Source: Dehalococcoidia bacterium
GTDB taxonomy: Bacteria; Chloroflexota; Dehalococcoidia; Plut-88900
DNA: 64,000 nucleotides
Direction: 5' to 3'
NCBI GenBank assembly: GCA_965197585.1
Contig: OZ240215.1
Span: forward strand, 2,944,001-3,008,000
The notes below the pieces were generated by a model. That model ran no database searches. It saw nothing but the letters and a program-made list of their open reading frames with translations, and was not told the origin of the DNA. A program made the translations under genes and the position numbers. Shown piece after piece: positions 60,741 to 64,000 of the stretch (its first letter is position 1; each line of letters begins with the position of its first letter).

Positions 60741-63017
60741 TTGACTGAATTCTTGGCCCGCTTTAGCGCGCGCAAGCCTTTCTTGATCATTGCTATCTGG
60801 GCTGTGATAGGGCTGGTTGCAGGCGGGTTTGCTGTTGATGCCCAAATCGCCCCTTGGCCTCCACCTCTTACCGACTTCCTCGACAGGGCCACCACCACGG
60901 AGTTTAAGCTCAGTAGCAGCGCAGGGTCCGAACGCGCCGACCGCCTCCTGGAAGACCGGCTCCGCGGCCCCAAACCTGTAACCGAACTGATAATCTTTCA
61001 GTCGGACTCCGTCACCGTAGATGACCCCTCATTCCTGCCCAAAGTCCAGGAAGTGGCCACCGACATTCTGGCTCTCGGGCCCGACATCGTAGCCCTTCCT
61101 CCCGACTTCAATCCCGCCGCCCCTCCCCCCATCTCCGAAGACCGCAGCACCACGTTTTTCGCCGTGATCATGACCGGCTCCTTCGAAGACGCCGTGGACA
61201 ACGTCCCCGACGTCCTCCACGTAGTCGAGGAGGCAGACAGAAAGGACGGCCTCCGCGTTTTCATGGTCGGAGACGCCAGCACCGCCCACGACAACAACGA
61301 GCTGTCCGAAAACGACCTGAGGCGGGGGGAACGCGTCGGCCTTCCCATCGCCCTCATTATTCTCATCGTCCTCTTCGGTACAATCGCCGCAGCCCTAATG
61401 CCCGTCGGACTGTCCATTGCCGCCATCATGGTTGCCCTCGGCATCACGGCCCTCGTAGGACAGGTCTTCGATCTGACCATCTTCGTCACCCTCATGATCA
61501 TCATGATCGGGTTGGCCGTCGGGATCGACTATTCCCTCGTCATAATCTCCCGCTACCGGGATGAGCTTGCCCGCGGCCTCGACACCAAACCCGCCATCGA
61601 GCGCGCCGGTGCAACCGCTGGCCGCACCGTCCTGTTCAGCGGCATCACAGTCGTCATCGCCCTATGTGGCATCCTGATCGTTCCCTTCTCCTTCTTCCAG
61701 TCCCTGGCTATCGGGGCAATTCTGGTAGTACTGGTCGCTTTGGCGGCCACCCTCACCCTTCTGCCTGCCAACCTTGCCATCATGGGCCCAAGAATCAACC
61801 ACCTGCCCATACCCTTCTTCGGCAAGTCGAGAATCGCGCCCTCCGAGTCCTCCGGCCGGGGCTTCTGGGAGCTTATAACCCGCGTTGTTACCAAGTCTCC
61901 GGTCATCAGCTTCCTTATCGTAGCCGCACCAATGGCCGCCGCTACCTATTTCTATTTCGATATCGAAACAGGCCTCAACGGCGTCGACGCCTTCCCCGAA
62001 GGTACCCAGACCCGAGAAGCCTTCTTCGTGATGGAAGAGCACTTCTCCTTCGGCCTCGTCAACCCGACCGAAATAGTCATCGACGGCGATATTGACAGCC
62101 CAGCGGTCAGGCAGGCCATAGGCGAGCTTCAGGCCTCTCTGGCGGCCCACCAGGGCCTGCAAGTCGTTCCCGGTGAGACCGTCAACGATCCCCGAGACCT
62201 CGCCCTGTTTACCGTTCTCATTCCCGGCGAACCCCGCACCCAGGAAGCCGTCGACGTCGTCAATACCATCCGGGACCAGTACATCCCCGCCGCCTTCGAC
62301 GGGGTAGACGCTGAGGTCTTTGTCGGCGGCATTAGCGCGGAAGCGACAGACGTGTACTCCATAGTCCAACGATACACGCCCATCGTATTCGCCTTCGTAC
62401 TCGGCTTCAGCTTCCTTGTGCTAATGCTGGTTTTCCGCTCGATAGTCATTCCCATCAAAGCCGTATTCATGAACCTCCTATCCGTCGGCACCGCCTACGG
62501 GCTCATGGTCCTGGTCTTCCAGAAGGGAGGCGCCGACTTTTTCGGGTTCCAGCACGCGGAGGTCATCGACGTCTGGATTCCCCTCTTCCTCTTCTCAATC
62601 CTCTTCGGCCTCTCCATGGACTACCACGTCTTCCTCCTGAGCCGCATCCGTGAGCGCTACGATCAGACTGGGGACAACGCCGAGGCCGTGGCCTACGGTC
62701 TCCGCTCCACCGCCGGATTGATCACCGGAGCCGCCCTTATAATGGTCGCCGTCTTCGGCGCTTTCGCCAGCGGCAAGACCATCATCAACCAGCAAGTAGG
62801 GTTTGGGCTTTCCGTAGCCGTGCTCCTGGACGCCACCCTCGTGCGCTCTGTCCTCGTCCCGGCCAGCATGGATATGCTTGGCAAACGCAACTGGTACCTC
62901 CCATCCTGGCTGAACTGGCTGCCGGACCTGCGAATAGAAGCGGAAGAAATTCCAACTCTTAATGTTCAAGGTCAAGCCTTACAAGGAGGTGCTGCCGCCA
63001 ATGACAATCCCGACTGA
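60741..63017 (+). CDS. MMPL (RND) family transporter
   Basis: GLAVGIDYSL…RYRDE, TAGRTVLFSG, FGLSMDYHVFLLSRIRE and ITGAALIM motifs. Confidence 0.95.
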   Translation: MTEFLARFSARKPFLIIAIWAVIGLVAGGFAVDAQIAPWPPPLTDFLDRATTTEFKLSSSAGSERADRLLEDRLRGPKPVTELIIFQSDSVTVDDPSFLPKVQEVATDILALGPDIVALPPDFNPAAPPPISEDRSTTFFAVIMTGSFEDAVDNVPDVLHVVEEADRKDGLRVFMVGDASTAHDNNELSENDLRRGERVGLPIALIILIVLFGTIAAALMPVGLSIAAIMVALGITALVGQVFDLTIFVTLMIIMIGLAVGIDYSLVIISRYRDELARGLDTKPAIERAGATAGRTVLFSGITVVIALCGILIVPFSFFQSLAIGAILVVLVALAATLTLLPANLAIMGPRINHLPIPFFGKSRIAPSESSGRGFWELITRVVTKSPVISFLIVAAPMAAATYFYFDIETGLNGVDAFPEGTQTREAFFVMEEHFSFGLVNPTEIVIDGDIDSPAVRQAIGELQASLAAHQGLQVVPGETVNDPRDLALFTVLIPGEPRTQEAVDVVNTIRDQYIPAAFDGVDAEVFVGGISAEATDVYSIVQRYTPIVFAFVLGFSFLVLMLVFRSIVIPIKAVFMNLLSVGTAYGLMVLVFQKGGADFFGFQHAEVIDVWIPLFLFSILFGLSMDYHVFLLSRIRERYDQTGDNAEAVAYGLRSTAGLITGAALIMVAVFGAFASGKTIINQQVGFGLSVAVLLDATLVRSVLVPASMDMLGKRNWYLPSWLNWLPDLRIEAEEIPTLNVQGQALQGGAAANDNPD

Positions 63018-64000
63018 CTACACAATTGGTTACGAAAAAGCCCGAGCCATCGCGCCCGATATCGCAGACAAATACGTCGCACACACCCTTATTGGAGACC
63101 CCCTGGGCGAAGAGATGGCGGCAGACCTTGAGGCGTTCAGCGCATCTGAATCAGAGAGGCTCATTCAAGCGGCCATGAATGAGGAAGGTGAGGAGGCCCT
63201 GAGAGACGCCCCGGACTCCCTGCGAAGATTTTTCAAAGAAGCGGAAACCACCCCGGACTGGCTCGACTATTCTGCATTCGCTCCGAGTGTCCGCATGTTT
63301 TACAGAAACTCGCAGATAGTCCTGGCCGCATTCGTTGCAGGAGTTCTCATAGAAGGCTTTACAACCAACATCGCAAAGTCCTTCTTCATCACCGGGCGGG
63401 TGCGTGACCAGGGCATCCGGCGTCTGGGGCAGAACAACCGTCACATGATGGAGATATTCCTCCCCGGCGGCATGTACAGGCATGGGGACGGTTGGAAGCT
63501 TTCCCTCCGCATCAGGATAGTTCACTCACGCCTTAGACGCCTCCTCAACGATTCCGAAGACTGGGATAAGGAGGCTTGGGGAGAGCCCATCAGCGCCGCT
63601 CACTTGGGCTACGCCATTTCCGCCTTCTCGGCAAGGCTGCTCAAGCACATGAAGACCCTCGGCGCCACTTACAATAAGGAGGAGTACGATAGCTTCATGG
63701 CCGTTTGGCGCTACAGCGGTCACATAATGGGCATCCCTGAAACCATTCTGTTCCAGGATGCCGATGAAGCTCTGAAGCTGTGGAAAATCGCCCTCACGTG
63801 CGAGCCCGATTCCCCAATTGAATCAATCGTGATGGCCCACGCGCTGGTCAACTCTGCCCCGTTGATCGCCGGCGCCACCGAGCCGCAGGCCCGCCGCAGC
63901 CTGGCCAAGTATGTATACCGCTTGTCTCGCGGACTTATCGGAAAAGAGTTCGCCGATTCGCTGATGTATCCACCCATCTCCCCCTTTGGAGCGGTATGGT
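63001..64000 (+). CDS. MpaB/DUF2236-like oxygenase family protein (runs off the window)
   Basis: Missing from the ORF track because it has no stop. ATG at 63001 after AAGGAGG; PPDWLD, RIRIVHS, WG.PIS and WRYSGHIMGIPE motifs. Confidence 0.8.
   Translation, partial: MTIPTDYTIGYEKARAIAPDIADKYVAHTLIGDPLGEEMAADLEAFSASESERLIQAAMNEEGEEALRDAPDSLRRFFKEAETTPDWLDYSAFAPSVRMFYRNSQIVLAAFVAGVLIEGFTTNIAKSFFITGRVRDQGIRRLGQNNRHMMEIFLPGGMYRHGDGWKLSLRIRIVHSRLRRLLNDSEDWDKEAWGEPISAAHLGYAISAFSARLLKHMKTLGATYNKEEYDSFMAVWRYSGHIMGIPETILFQDADEALKLWKIALTCEPDSPIESIVMAHALVNSAPLIAGATEPQARRSLAKYVYRLSRGLIGKEFADSLMYPPISPFGAVW

Overview
This is a GC-rich bacterial chromosome segment. Gene content and repeat style suggest Chloroflexota/Dehalococcoidia (SAR202-like), which is inferred, not proven. 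Housekeeping and catabolic genes include surE, panC/panB, crcB, glnS, ada, a Glu/Leu/Phe/Val dehydrogenase, peptidases and a peroxiredoxin. There are five tRNAs (including Arg-GCG), one IS481-family element, several low-GC nuclease or defence-like genes, and a MoxR-DUF58 operon with a ~2700-aa triple-transglutaminase protein. The main signal is non-coding. Three diverged copies of a ~640-710 nt minus-strand element lie at ~4465-5147, ~26147-26892 and ~38431-39107. Each has a sigma70-type promoter with a LexA-box-like site, a conserved leader with a perfect SD but no start codon, a long-range helix closing a 300-430 nt variable structured core, and an A/C-rich tail. This looks like an unannotated large ncRNA family. 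In addition, the + strand G/C skew and the orientation of REP repeats both flip at the IS481, which lacks a target duplication. All family assignments come from motif recognition; no searches were run.
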